Assembly (NCBI GenBank): GCA_977017645.1
Contig: OZ360226.1
Span: 54,188,001 to 54,252,000, forward strand
Length of the DNA: 64,000 nucleotides
DNA from: Torpedo marmorata
Taxonomy: Eukaryota
Direction of reading: 5' to 3'
Below, one piece after another: positions 13,221 to 24,422 of the stretch. Position 1 is the first letter of the stretch. Each line of letters opens with the position of its first letter. The position numbers and the translations under genes are program-made. The notes under the pieces are model-generated. The model was not told the DNA's origin. It did no database searches and worked only from the letters and a program-made list of their open reading frames with translations.

Positions 13221-13945
13221 ATAAAGCAATACAGCAAGGAAACAGACCCTTTAGTTTAACACATCCATGCCAACCAAGTTGCCTATCTAAGCTAGTCCCA
13301 TTTGTGTTTCACTCACATCCTTCTAAATATTCCCTATCCATGTACCTGTCCAAATGCCTTTTAAATGCCATAATTGTAGCTGCCTCTACAGATTCCTCTG
13401 GCAGCTCATTCCATATACAGTACCCACTACTCTCTGTGTGAAAATGTTGCCCCTCAGCCGCCTTTTAAAATTTTCCCCTCTCTCCTTAACGCTGTGCCCT
13501 CTAGTTTTAGACTTCCCTACCCCATGGAATAGACTATTACCCCTTTTACACAGCGATCCCACTTAATTGGCATGTGAACGACCCGTCTTTAAAGCCAGCT
13601 CGGGTCGTTCACACTGAACCAAGAAAAGCCGAGTCAGTGCGCCTTTTAGACAGAGCCGATGCGTTTCGCATCGGCTCTGATACTACCTACCTTGGCGGGT
13701 AATACACGGGATGAAAATTACCCCCCATCCCGCATTCGTTGCGTTCACACAGGTTAGTGAAGCGGTTAAAAGGTGGTTAATTCCTGTCTTTTAACGGCTG
13801 TGTAAAAGGGGTATCAGGCTATTTACCTTCTCTATGCACTTCATGATTGTATGCACCTCTCTAAGGTTGCCCCTCAGCCCAGAGAAAAAAAAAATCAAGC
13901 CTATCCAGTCTCTCCTGATTATTGAACTCCTCAGCCCTGGTTAGC
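13221..13945 (-). mobile_element. CR1 LINE 3' fragment interrupted by a MITE
   Basis: Typical CR1 3' sequence (tctatccatgtacctgtccaaatgccttttaaa...ctctggcagctcattcca), shared with other CR1 copies in the window. Confidence 0.7.
13538..13813. mobile_element. MITE with 17-bp terminal inverted repeats
   Basis: taccccttttacacagc (13538-13554) and gctgtgtaaaaggggta (13797-13813); two internal hairpins; CpG-rich. Superfamily uncertain (Harbinger-like TIR, or TA TSD). Confidence 0.85.
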
Positions 13946-13980
13946 ACTTCCTAATCTTTCATTTTGTAATTTTCTTAGTA

Positions 13981-14455
13981 AAAATGCACACAATTTTGAC
14001 ATAAATACTGATTGGTAAAAAAGCACATCTTCCTTGGCATTTCCTTCCAATTTGCACTAGTCCAGGAGACTCCAAGCTGGGTACGTCTTGTAGGACTGAG
14101 CTTTTCTTCACTCATCATTGTTGAAAACTCACAGGCTGTAAATCTCAGTTATTTGCTAAATTCAAAGCCATGGAACCTCATTTCTGCATGGCAAACTCAT
14201 GGCTCTGTTGTCACACTAACTTACAAACATATTTTAATGCATTTGTTTCTATTAAATTTAGATTTACAAGGCACATTGATATTAAATGAGCAATCTACAT
14301 CACTGTGCGATTAAACTGACCCAGTGAGGAAAGAACTGACAGCAATGAACCTTTGCAAGAGCTAGTGGATCTAATTAAAAAGGTTTTTAAAAAAATCACG
14401 CACTGCCAATATATCAATGTTTTCACCCATTTTCACTGCACACTAATTTGGAAAA
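13981..14455 (+). repeat. Intronic duplicated segment, copy 1
   Basis: Collinear with 20945-21823. Confidence 0.9.
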
Positions 14456-15145
14456 TTGCCTATTTTGACTGCCTAATAACAATCTTAGAAAGTGTTTATT
14501 CCTTTAAATACAATTTTTTTTGGACTGTTCATTGCTTTAAGTCAAGAATGCAAACAGTTGGATTGTTGCACTGCCTCTCAAATAACACATTCAAGGCATA
14601 TTGCTGAATGTGAGGTGACCAACCACACCTCCCTTGGTTGTCAGGGCAGCTGTAAATTGGTGAAAACAACCTTGTCTGAAAACACCACCTTATCTTAATT
14701 GTTGAAAGTTTGGGAAGCACAAGCCATGGAAATGTGCTATCTGAACATACAAAACCCATGTATCTGACATTGGGATATTATTTCTGGAATTAATCACTCT
14801 AAATCCTGAATAAACCTGATTTCTGTTAATCACTGAAAAACAAGCAATGCTGTTTACTCAATGATAAACTCAATTGAAGTACCAATTTTACTTTTGTTTT
14901 AGTCTCCAATATCCTAAATTCAATTGAAAAATTACAAATAGCAGTATCTTTCACTGTGAAATTATCCGTTGAAGCAACTATCGGTATATTGCATGGATTG
15001 TGTTTTTCACTTTGGAATTAAAGTGGAATTGACTTGAGATATTATGATGAACTAGATTTGATCAAAATCACTGCCTTAGCTACTTCATAAGAAAATCAAA
15101 GTTTGGTCCATCTCTAGGATAAAATTCTGCTTATTTAACACATTT

Positions 15146-15623
15146 ATTTTTCTTTTTAAAATATTTTTATTGAGTTTAATATAAAAAAAACATACACACT
15201 TTATCAGTCATTTTTAGGGTTAATTTAGAACCATGTCCATTAATTGCTTTATTTGGTTTTTCTCAAGAAGAAGATATATTATTGACTTCATCTCAGAAGC
15301 GAATTTTAGCTTTTACCTCATTGATAGCTAGACGGGCAATTTTGATGAAATGGAAAAACAGCACTCCATCTACTCACATTCAATGGTTACAGGAGGTCAT
15401 GTCCTTCCTAAGTTTAGAAAAAATCAGATACAATGTTAAAGATGTAAAGGTGAATTTTTACAAGACGTGGGCTATTATCATAATTTAAAGAATTAGGGTG
15501 TTGGATGCTCCTGAGAAGCGCTGTCTGGTTTCCGAATGTCGTCTTTCGTTCCTATATTTATTAGATATGCAAGTTAACCTTGTTTAGAGGGAAGGATTTG
15601 ATTAATAGGGGGGGTCTTTTCTT
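15146..15623 (-). mobile_element. L1-clade 3' insertion with 5' inversion
   Basis: TSD ttatttaacacattt at 15131-15145 and 15624-15638; T-rich tail at left; ORF2 C-terminus (LIARRAILMKWK...LSLEKIRY) on plus at 15282-15488. Confidence 0.75.
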
Positions 15624-16845
15624 TTATTTAACACATTTCAAGTTAATTTAAGTGAGAAAGAAAAATGCCTGAATTAATACAAGATTGAGGTATTCTGGTG
15701 CTCTGAGAAACATGCTGAACACAGTCATTTCATATCGCATGGGAATTTCTTATTGCTAAGTGCAAGGGAGGATTCATTAAGTCATTCATATTATGCTCTA
15801 TCATTTTTAATTATTCCTATAGTCTGATGCAATCTTACATTTTTTAAGTGGATGATTTATTCTACTCTACTCCAAGCCAGCTTCTGAAAAGATGATAGCA
15901 ACTACATTCTGATAGAAACTGTCACAGATTGCATCTTACAACACAGGAGAGAAATCGACCAGTAATACTTGAGATAATATGGTTTTTGATGTCTGAGATA
16001 TCACGAAACTAGGTAGTCAAACAGCACCATATATATTGAATTATGAGCACTACTTTGATCAGAAATATGGTCACTTGGGAAAGGCACTGTCACTTGTATC
16101 TTTTCAAACATTGCTTCTTGGAAAAACATACATCAGTGGACTCACTGATTACGTTACTCCATCCATTGGTCTAATTGGTTTAAAGGCACATTAATTTTGC
16201 ATAATTAGATCATGCTGCCTAACCTTTCCAATGTACAATCACATGCTGATTAAATCACTTAACAATCTAATTCTTTCAATGACACACTGAAATATGTCAA
16301 ATATTCAGTCAAATAATGAAATGCAGCAAAATAAAAAAACAAGCCACTATTGATAGAAGCACAAGAGATTAGTTTATCTCTTTGTAAACATCACGTTTGC
16401 TTGGAAGATCGAATCTACCAACACCCAATCAAGACCTAGATTACATAGTTTATCATCAGTAAAATGTTAAATCAGAAAATCTATCCCCTAGATACCTCCA
16501 CATCCATAAACACTGCTCCAAGAAACTCATATGAACAAGTGATAGCCTAATAAAACAGAGTGAAAAAGTTCCAATCTACCTATCTAGTTCATAACTGCCC
16601 TTTGACTCCGATTATATTATTGCTTCCAAGTGAGGCCAAGAGCTGGAATGAAAAGGGTGCCAAGTGTTTAAATGAATTTACAAACTTTTCTCAGAACTTA
16701 ATGGGTCACCTCAACTCCTTTGATTAGATTGCATTAACACTTGCTAATCTCCAAAAGCACATTTTCTATTGACTCTTAATTTATTGTTCTTTGTTTGCTT
16801 TTTTGCTTACATCGTTTTTTTAGAGAATGAGTGATTCCAGTAGAT

Positions 16846-17575
16846 CCAGCACCCCCGGAACCTTCCCCTGTGCCCGCAGGAGGTGCAACACCTGCGCCCA
16901 CACCTCCCCCCTCACCACGGTCCAGGGCCCCAAACAGGCCTTCCAAGTGAAACTACACTTCACTTGTACATCCAGAGGACTTATTTACTGCATCCGGTGC
17001 TCCCTTTGTGGCTTTCTATACATTGGAGAGACCGGTCGTAGATTGGGAGATCGCTTCGCTCAGCACCTCCGCTCGGTTCGCAACAACAGCGACCTCCCAG
17101 TGGCCAACCATTTCAATTCTGGGTCACACTCCCACACTCACATGTCTGTCCATGGCCTCATGTACTATCCCACCCAGACTACCCGCAAACTGGAGGAACA
17201 ACATCTCATATTCCGTCTCGGCACTCTCCAGCTAGATGGAATTAACATTGACTTTTCTGCTTTCCACTAAACCTGCTTGTTGTTCCCTTCCCCTCCCCCC
17301 TCACCTGTCCTTCCTGTGTTTCTCCAGCTACCCAGCCATCCCTCCTCCCCCTCTTTGCTACTGTCCCCTCCCTCCTTTCTCCACCCCCCTTCCCCCCTCA
17401 CTCCTTTGTTCGGACGTCTGCCGGCATTTTCTCATACTTTGAAGAAGGGCTCAAGCCTGAAACGTCGGTTATGTATTTCTACCTTTGCTACATAAAAGAC
17501 ACTGTTTGACCTGCTGAGTTCTCCAGCTTTTGTGTTTTTTACTCTAACCACGGTGTCTACAGATTTTCGTGTTTA
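16846..17575 (+). mobile_element. Penelope-like element (Neptune type) 3' fragment
   Basis: PGTFPCARRRCNTC linker, then intact GIY-YIG domain LIYCIRCSLCGFLYIGETGRRLGDRF...GINIDF; TSD ccagtagat at 16837-16845 and 17576-17584. Confidence 0.92.
17433..17473 (+). ncRNA. Minimal type I hammerhead ribozyme motif in PLE pLTR
   Basis: catact TTGAAGA a GGGC tcaa GCCT GAAA CG TC ggttatg. Confidence 0.65.
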
Positions 17576-17707
17576 CCAGTAGATTAGTAGTTCAACATTT
17601 TATACACAAATTCTGGGATTAAAAGTCGTTTGCATGGCAGTCTTCTCTCTCTTTTGAAGAGAAGGATCCCATGTGACATAGAGCTCAGGCAGACTTTGCC
17701 TAGTTCA

Positions 17708-17803
17708 TAAATTGCAGGGACACAGCACTGAAACCTGGCACACACTGGTATTAAATTGCAGGGACACAGCACTGAAACCTGGCACACACTGGTATTAAAT
17801 TGC
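17708..17803. repeat. 44-bp perfect tandem duplication
   Basis: taaattgcagggacacagcactgaaacctggcacacactggtat twice, then taaattgc. Confidence 0.92.
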
Positions 17804-18374
17804 CAACTGGCAAACCTAGGGCAACAAAAAGCACAGCTGACTCTGGAAAGTGTCAAATACATGCTAGGGAAGCAGGAAGTGATCTTTAGATGTTAAAGAC
17901 ACATTACTGAGACACAGTGCCAGAAATTACACCCACTCAGAGATGACTTCAATATAATACTGAGTTATAGAAATGAATAACGTGCTCCCGTGCAGGATAC
18001 CATCATTCCTCACCTTGACTGATACAAAACAATTGTCAGAATATAAACCATAATAACAATTGGTCAATGGCTTAAACTCCTATTGCCAAAATATGAACTG
18101 TCATAATGATTGGTGGAAGGTTCAAATCATGCTCATGCATCACTGGCAGAGTGGCCACTGGCACTAATAAAATTGCCACCTAACCAAGTAAAACAACCAA
18201 GCTTCCCAAAGAGAGCTGACATATGAAGTGCCTGTATCTTAACCTCACTGATTACCAGATTTTGGCATTAGATTTCATTGATTGGCAGTCAGCAACCAAA
18301 GGGCACAAACGCAGAATCCATAGAATAGATTTTGACAATATACATTCAGAACCTTGCTGGAAATCATGAGAGAT

Positions 18375-18500
18375 GCAAAACACAGAAGTAAACAATAAAA
18401 TCTGCAGATGCTGGGGTCCTGTACAGTACACAAAGGTGCTGAGAAACTCAGAAGGTCATACAGCACTGGAGAAGCTGCATCATCTGCTGAGCTTCTTCAG
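18375..18500. mobile_element. Short fold-back made of PLE terminal sequence
   Basis: aaatctgcagatgctgg...gctgagaaactcagaaggtca followed by inverted ctgctgagcttcttcag. Confidence 0.45.
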
Positions 18501-18554
18501 AGATGCAAAACATGTCTTGAATATACTAATTATTTGTTTTACACAATTGAACAA

Positions 18555-18805
18555 GTTAGAATCCGACTCAGAATCATCGACGCCTATAGCACACAAAAAA
18601 ATACATTGACAGCCCACCTGTTCCATGCCAACTGTAATGCCTATACTAAGCTCATTTCCCACATTAGGTTCATATCCTTTCCTATCCAAGTAAGTCTAAA
18701 TGCCTTTTAAATAGTATAATAGTATCTGCCTGCACCACCTCCTCTGGCAGCTCATTCCAGATACTCACTATCCTCTGCGTGAAAAACTTACTCCTCAGAT
18801 CCCAC
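18555..18805 (-). mobile_element. CR1 LINE 3' fragment
   Basis: Same 3' motifs as 13221-13945 (tctaaatgccttttaaa...ctctggcagctcattccag). Confidence 0.6.
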
Positions 18806-21197
18806 TCATAAGATGGCATGAATAATTTATTCTTTTAAACATGAAATTCTGAGTTGCATAGGGAATAAGAAGAGAGCCAGATTAGTCAAAGGCTGAAGAG
18901 CACAATCTGATCCTATACTGGAATACTCAATTAAATTATTGTAAATGGAAATGGTTTTCTGGATATCCGATTATCAACTTGTATTTGATTAGATTTTATC
19001 GGAGTCCAATAGATCTCTCTTTAATTTATTGTTAGTGCAATTGGACGAGTGTTTGGTCCTGGGCCAGTGAACAGATCTCTTCCGATGTTCTTCATCTTGG
19101 CTTCAATTGCTTGAGTTAAATTTGTTGCAATACCACCACTTTCTAGAGGCTTGACAAGTAAAACTGCTGGTTTAGTGAGTTTGAATCCAGCTCTGTTAAA
19201 TTGATTTTGTAGTAACACAGTAAGCAACACTTATCGATTACCAGTCGAATAGAGATGTTATTTTAAATAAAATATATTTACACAGTCCCTTTGATTTCCA
19301 CTAGATATCTCTAAAGTCATAGTCACACAGTGCTGGAAAGGCCCTTCAGCCCAACCTGTTTGTACCAACCAAACTGGCATGTAAAAGTTTTTTTAAAGGA
19401 TGAGATGTATTTGGTTGTTTTGTAACATAATTTTGACAGAAAGCACTTATTTTAGTCCCTAAGTGGAAATTGTGAATATGAAATCCTCATGAATATTTGT
19501 TTCCATTTAGTTTTCTGATTGAAACACTGAAGATTGATCAGTGAAATTGACATTTTCTGCAGATGTTTATTCCTGGTGAATATGAGGCTGTGTTCTGTCT
19601 GTGATCAGCTCCCTGTCAATATGAGATTTGGACTTGAAAAATCATCACTAGCGTTTAATCACAATCTGTCATAGTTATTTAAGAATGAAATGTAAAGAGC
19701 CAATCTTATTTTTAAAAGCTTCCTGGTGGCAGTCTAACCAAGGATCAGATCGCCCATTCTCAGAGGCTACAAACTGTGAATAAACCTCTTGATCATCTTT
19801 TTCTTTCCTTGCTATTCTTCTGTAACTTAGTCTGCCATTTCACTTTCAAAATGTTTTGAAACATTCAGACTGAATACAGCAATTCACTTTTTAGTTGATT
19901 TGATCACAGGTACAGATCGACACATTCATCTATTACACAAAACAAAATCCTTACAGATTATTATTGGCTATTTCTGTAGAAAATTAGAAGGGCATTTAGT
20001 TGCATAACTGGTTATTAAAACAGCTTGTGGCCATTTCTAGAGTGCATTTTTGCAGAAAATTGGCATAGATCCGTAATTACTGGGATATTCAACTATGAAG
20101 CCTTTGAAGAGATGCCAGAAAATGCACAATATTCTTCTTGATATTTCACTTATAATTATGCATTTACATTCATGGAGCTCAGATGCATTCTCTTCAACAT
20201 AGCCAATAAATACCTAGCTCTAACTGTAGCAGATAGGCTCTGTATTGCACCCATTAGCAACAAGCAAGCAATACACTCAATGATTAATCAGCTCTAAAAG
20301 CTGCTCAGTATACATTTTCAATGCAGGTTTATGAATTGCACTTATTTCACCAATTATTACACATGAGCACAATGGTTTTGAAATAAATCCTCAAATTTAG
20401 TCGTCCAGACTTTCTTGCAAACTTGCACCAAAATGTTGTTGTCAAGTTTACAATAGACCTTTTATTTTAATAATTGAGGAAGTTTAAGGATTTTACATTG
20501 GTTTCCAAATTACTTGGATTTCTGCAATATCTTGTGATAGTTCCATAAAACATACATCTTTTTTTAACATTGTTCCACCCACACAAAACAATAGTATACT
20601 AAAATTTCCTAATCTTGCTCTCAATCTTTGCAGTAGATTTAAACCAAAATCATTTGGGGCAAAGGGGACTTAAATTACTACCCATAAAATTTAATGATGT
20701 TTAAATTATGATTCTCATTTCTACACACACCATCCTACATAATTGAATGTAAAAGTGTTTAAGGAAACTTAAAACCTGTCAAAATCATATTTCTTTGTAT
20801 ATGGCCAGTATACATGTATAATGATTTGATGGCTTCAAGGTGTAATTTTCTTATATTAATGAAAGCTACATTTCAGCACATTCTTTGGTCTTGATGCTTC
20901 AGGACCATTTTCAGAGTTGACAAATAACCTGGTGTAGATTGGTGAAAATGCACACAATTTTAACATAATTACTGATTGGTAAACAAAGCAGCATCTTCCT
21001 TGGCATGCATTTCAATTTGCACCAGTCCAGGAGACTCCAAGCTGGGTACAAGTCTTGTAGGATTGAGCTTCTGTTGAAAACTCACAGGCTGTAAATCCCA
21101 GTTGTTTGCTAACTTCAAAGCCATGGAACCTTGTTTCTGCATGGCAAGCTCATGGCTCTGTTGTCACACTAACTTACAAACATATTTTAATCCATTT

Positions 21198-21407
21198 AAA
21201 TTTTACATTTTTAAATGTAGTCATACAGCACGGTAACAGGCCCTTCCGGCCCACGAGCCTGTGCCGCCCAAATATACCCATTAACCTACAAACACCATAT
21301 GTTTTGTCAGGTGGGAGGAAACTGGAGCACCCAGAGGAAACCCACACAGACACGGGGAGAATGTACAAACACCTTACAGACAGCGCCGGATTCGAACCCG
21401 TGTTGCT
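21198..21407 (-). mobile_element. HE1-like V-SINE (tRNA B box, V domain, CR1-like tail)
   Basis: Minus strand: B box GGGTTCGAATCC (21388-21399), V-domain ttctccccgtgtctgtgtgggtttcctctgggtgctccagtttcctcccac, tail gggccggaagggcctgttaccgtgctgtat. Confidence 0.8.
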
Positions 21408-21613
21408 GAATCAGAATCGGACTTTATTGTCACGAACATGTCACGAAATTCATTGTTTTGCGGGAGCACCACAGGTGCAAATATTGCTACAAATTACATT
21501 TTTACCAAAAGAAGAAAAAGTAAGGTGGTGTCTGCAGCCCACCGCCCACCCAGAAATCCGATGGCAGAGGGGAAGAAGCCGCCCCCGCACCGCCGGGCGC
21601 CCGCCCCCAGTCC
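21408..21613 (-). mobile_element. Rex1/Babar-like LINE 3' end
   Basis: Minus-strand tail gaatttcgtgacatgttcgtgacaataaagtccgattctgattc matches 53083-53121. Confidence 0.65.
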
Positions 21614-22879
21614 TTGTTTCTATTAAATTTAGATTTACAAGGCACATTGATATTAAATGTCCAATCTACATCACTGTGCAATTAAACTGTCCCAGTAAGG
21701 AAACAACTGACAGCAATGAACCTTTGCAAGAGTGATTGGATCTAATTAAAAATGTTTTTAAAAAATTCATGGACTGCCCATCAATGTATTCATCCATATT
21801 CACTGCACACTACTTTGGAAAATGGTTCTATGAAATATATGTGACAGCAAATTCTTGCAAATACAGTTTCAAAGGTGCATAAATTGGGAAGAATTAGAAT
21901 AAAAATAAAATCAGATGCACCAATAAAATGCAATACATGCTGTCCCCATTATAAAAGCAGGACCTACCAAAACGAGAGATTGGAAATAGAGTCTCCACTG
22001 TTGTATTTTCTCATGTGCAGTTGTGCTCTCAGGTATATTTTTGAGAGAACAAACTGAATTCCTTCACCTGTCATGATATAGGATTTCAATAAGAACATTT
22101 GAAGCTTTCAAAGCCATTGTTTTGATATTAAAAAAAACTTACAGACCTTAAAAAAAAAGAAATTTGAAGTTATATTAGCTATCATCCCAGTTTTTGTTCC
22201 CATTTACTCTTGTCTGGAAGAACTGTGGGTTGACAAATGTGAAACAAAAGAGAACGCTTTAAAGCAATGACACCAACCCGACTGCCACTAAAACCTCCTC
22301 CAGAACATTTGCTATGGGTTTGCACTTCTGAAAGAAACTGCACAATCAGCAGAAAAGGTTTAATCCAGTTGCAAACTAACTACTATCTACATAATAAAAT
22401 AGAAAGGATATCAATTAAAAATATCTAGCTGTTTACAGGTAGGATTGAAAGCTGCTTTCTTATAATATATGTGGAGAGTCAAACAATTCCAAATAAGCTT
22501 CAATGTGTTTATCTTTACCTAGAGCTAGGATTTTAGTGGATCCACTCTGCGAGCACACAACCAACCTACTGGGCTAATGGGGAAAGGGTCCGGATATGAT
22601 TCCAGCACTCTAAACTTCTGCAAGCTACAATCTGGCAGAGGTTCCAAACCCAAACTGTAAAGTGGTGGTTGCTGAAAAGGCTCTGTCTTTACCTTGAGTT
22701 ACAATACAATTACTTCATTTATTGAGACTACCAACAGTTACAATACAAATTAAGTTCCAGTGGTGAGACAAAAAGACCTCAAAATCCAAAAGAATGTACT
22801 TATACAAATCATTTATGTAAATTAATATTACAAGTTTTCTTCAGCATATCAAACATCAACATGATTACAGAAATTAAAG

Positions 22880-23160
22880 CTATTAAAATACTCTCAGATA
22901 AACGCAGGAATTACTCCTTCAGATACTTTCTTAAATAGATCTACCAAACCAAACTATTTATTTTAGTGTGTTTATTGGGTTAATAAAGACCAAATGCTTG
23001 AAATTCACAAGGGGTTTCATCTATTAAAATACTCTCAGATAAACGCAGGAATTACTCCTTCAGATACTTTCTTAAATAGATCTACCAAACCAAACTATTT
23101 ATTTTAGTGTGTTTATTGGGTTAATAAAGACCAAATGCTTGAAATTCACAAGGGGTTTCA
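22880..23160. repeat. 140-bp perfect tandem duplication
   Basis: 22880-23019 is identical to 23021-23160, with a 1-nt spacer. Confidence 0.95.
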
Positions 23161-23504
23161 ACTCTCCAAGATTAGTACTTGATACAATTCACATTTGATG
23201 TTAATGTCTTTGAACAACTGATTAATCTATAAAACAGGTTTGAATTGGAATTGCTAGTTTTGACTTTAAATGTAAGAATTTTAGACATAAACCAAACCAG
23301 CTTTTAAACACTTGTAATATTCCATTCGCTACAAACATTATTTTGTCAATGCGTACAAGCTAAAAATATAATCAGAAATGACTAATATTTTATTTCAAAT
23401 GAGCACATTGGCCAGATGATATTCAATTGTTTAACTATAATCTGATTTAAGATTTCAGATACTGTAGAGTCAAGTTTAAATTTTCCTTTGTTATTGATCA
23501 CAAT

Positions 23505-24422
23505 ATCAGAAGATAAAGGAACAGAAGTAGGCCATTCGGCCCATTGAGTCTGCTCCGCAACTCCACCCTAAGCTAAACTGTTCTCACATCTAATTCCAAT
23601 TTCTGGCCTTTTCCCCATATCCCTTGATACCCTGACTAATTAGACACCTATCAATCTCCTCCTTAAAATCCCCCAATGATCGGGCCTCCACAGCTGTATG
23701 TGGCAACTCATTCCATAAATCCACGACCCTCTGGCTAAAGAAATTCCTCCTCATCTCGGTTCTAAATGGGTACCTTATAATTCTAAGACTGTGCCCTCTT
23801 GTCCTGGATTCACCCACCAAGGGAAACATCTTATTCACATGTACTCTGTCCAATTCTTTCAGCATTCAAAATGTTTCTATGAGATCACCTCTCATTCTTC
23901 TATACTCCAATGAATTCAATCCAAGAGCTGCTAAACATTCCTCATATGTTAGCCCTTGCATTCCAGGAATCATCCTGGTAAATCTTCTCTGTACACTCTC
24001 CAACATCATTACATCCCTTCCAAGATAAGGGGCCCAAAACTGCACACAGTACTCCAAATGAAGTCTCACCAGTGCCCCATAGAGCCTCATCAACACCTCT
24101 TTACTCTTATAGCATTCGCTTTCTTTACTGCCGATCCAAACTGGTGGTTAACCTTAAGGTTATCCTGAACGAGGACCCCCAAGTGCCTTTGCATTTCTGA
24201 ATTTTGAATTTTCTCCCCATCCAAATAATAATCTGCCTGTTTATTTCCTCTTCCAAAATGTACAACTGTACATTTCTCAACATTGTATCTCATCTGCCAT
24301 TTCTTTGCCCACTCTCCTAAGCTGTCCAAGTCTCTCTGCAACCTTTCGGTTTCTTCAACACTTCTTACTCCACCACCTATCTTGGTGTCATCTGCAAATT
24401 TAGCCACAGAACCATTCAATCC
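23505..24422 (-). mobile_element. CR1 LINE RT C-terminus and 3' UTR (resumes at 25258-25278)
   Basis: SVAKFADDTKIGG, LYGALVRLHLEYCVQFWAPY, RGDLIETF, FFSQRVVDLWNELP; frameshifted. Confidence 0.92.

Larger units (their letters stand above)
20945..21823 (+). repeat. Intronic duplicated segment, copy 2, interrupted at about 21198-21613
   Basis: Matches 13981-14455 on both sides of the insert. Confidence 0.9.

Noticed and set aside
21385-21405. tRNA gene
   Set aside because: Only a B box within a V-SINE; no cloverleaf.
21106-21735. 209-aa ORF
   Set aside because: Crosses a duplicated intronic segment, a SINE and a LINE tail; chance open frame.
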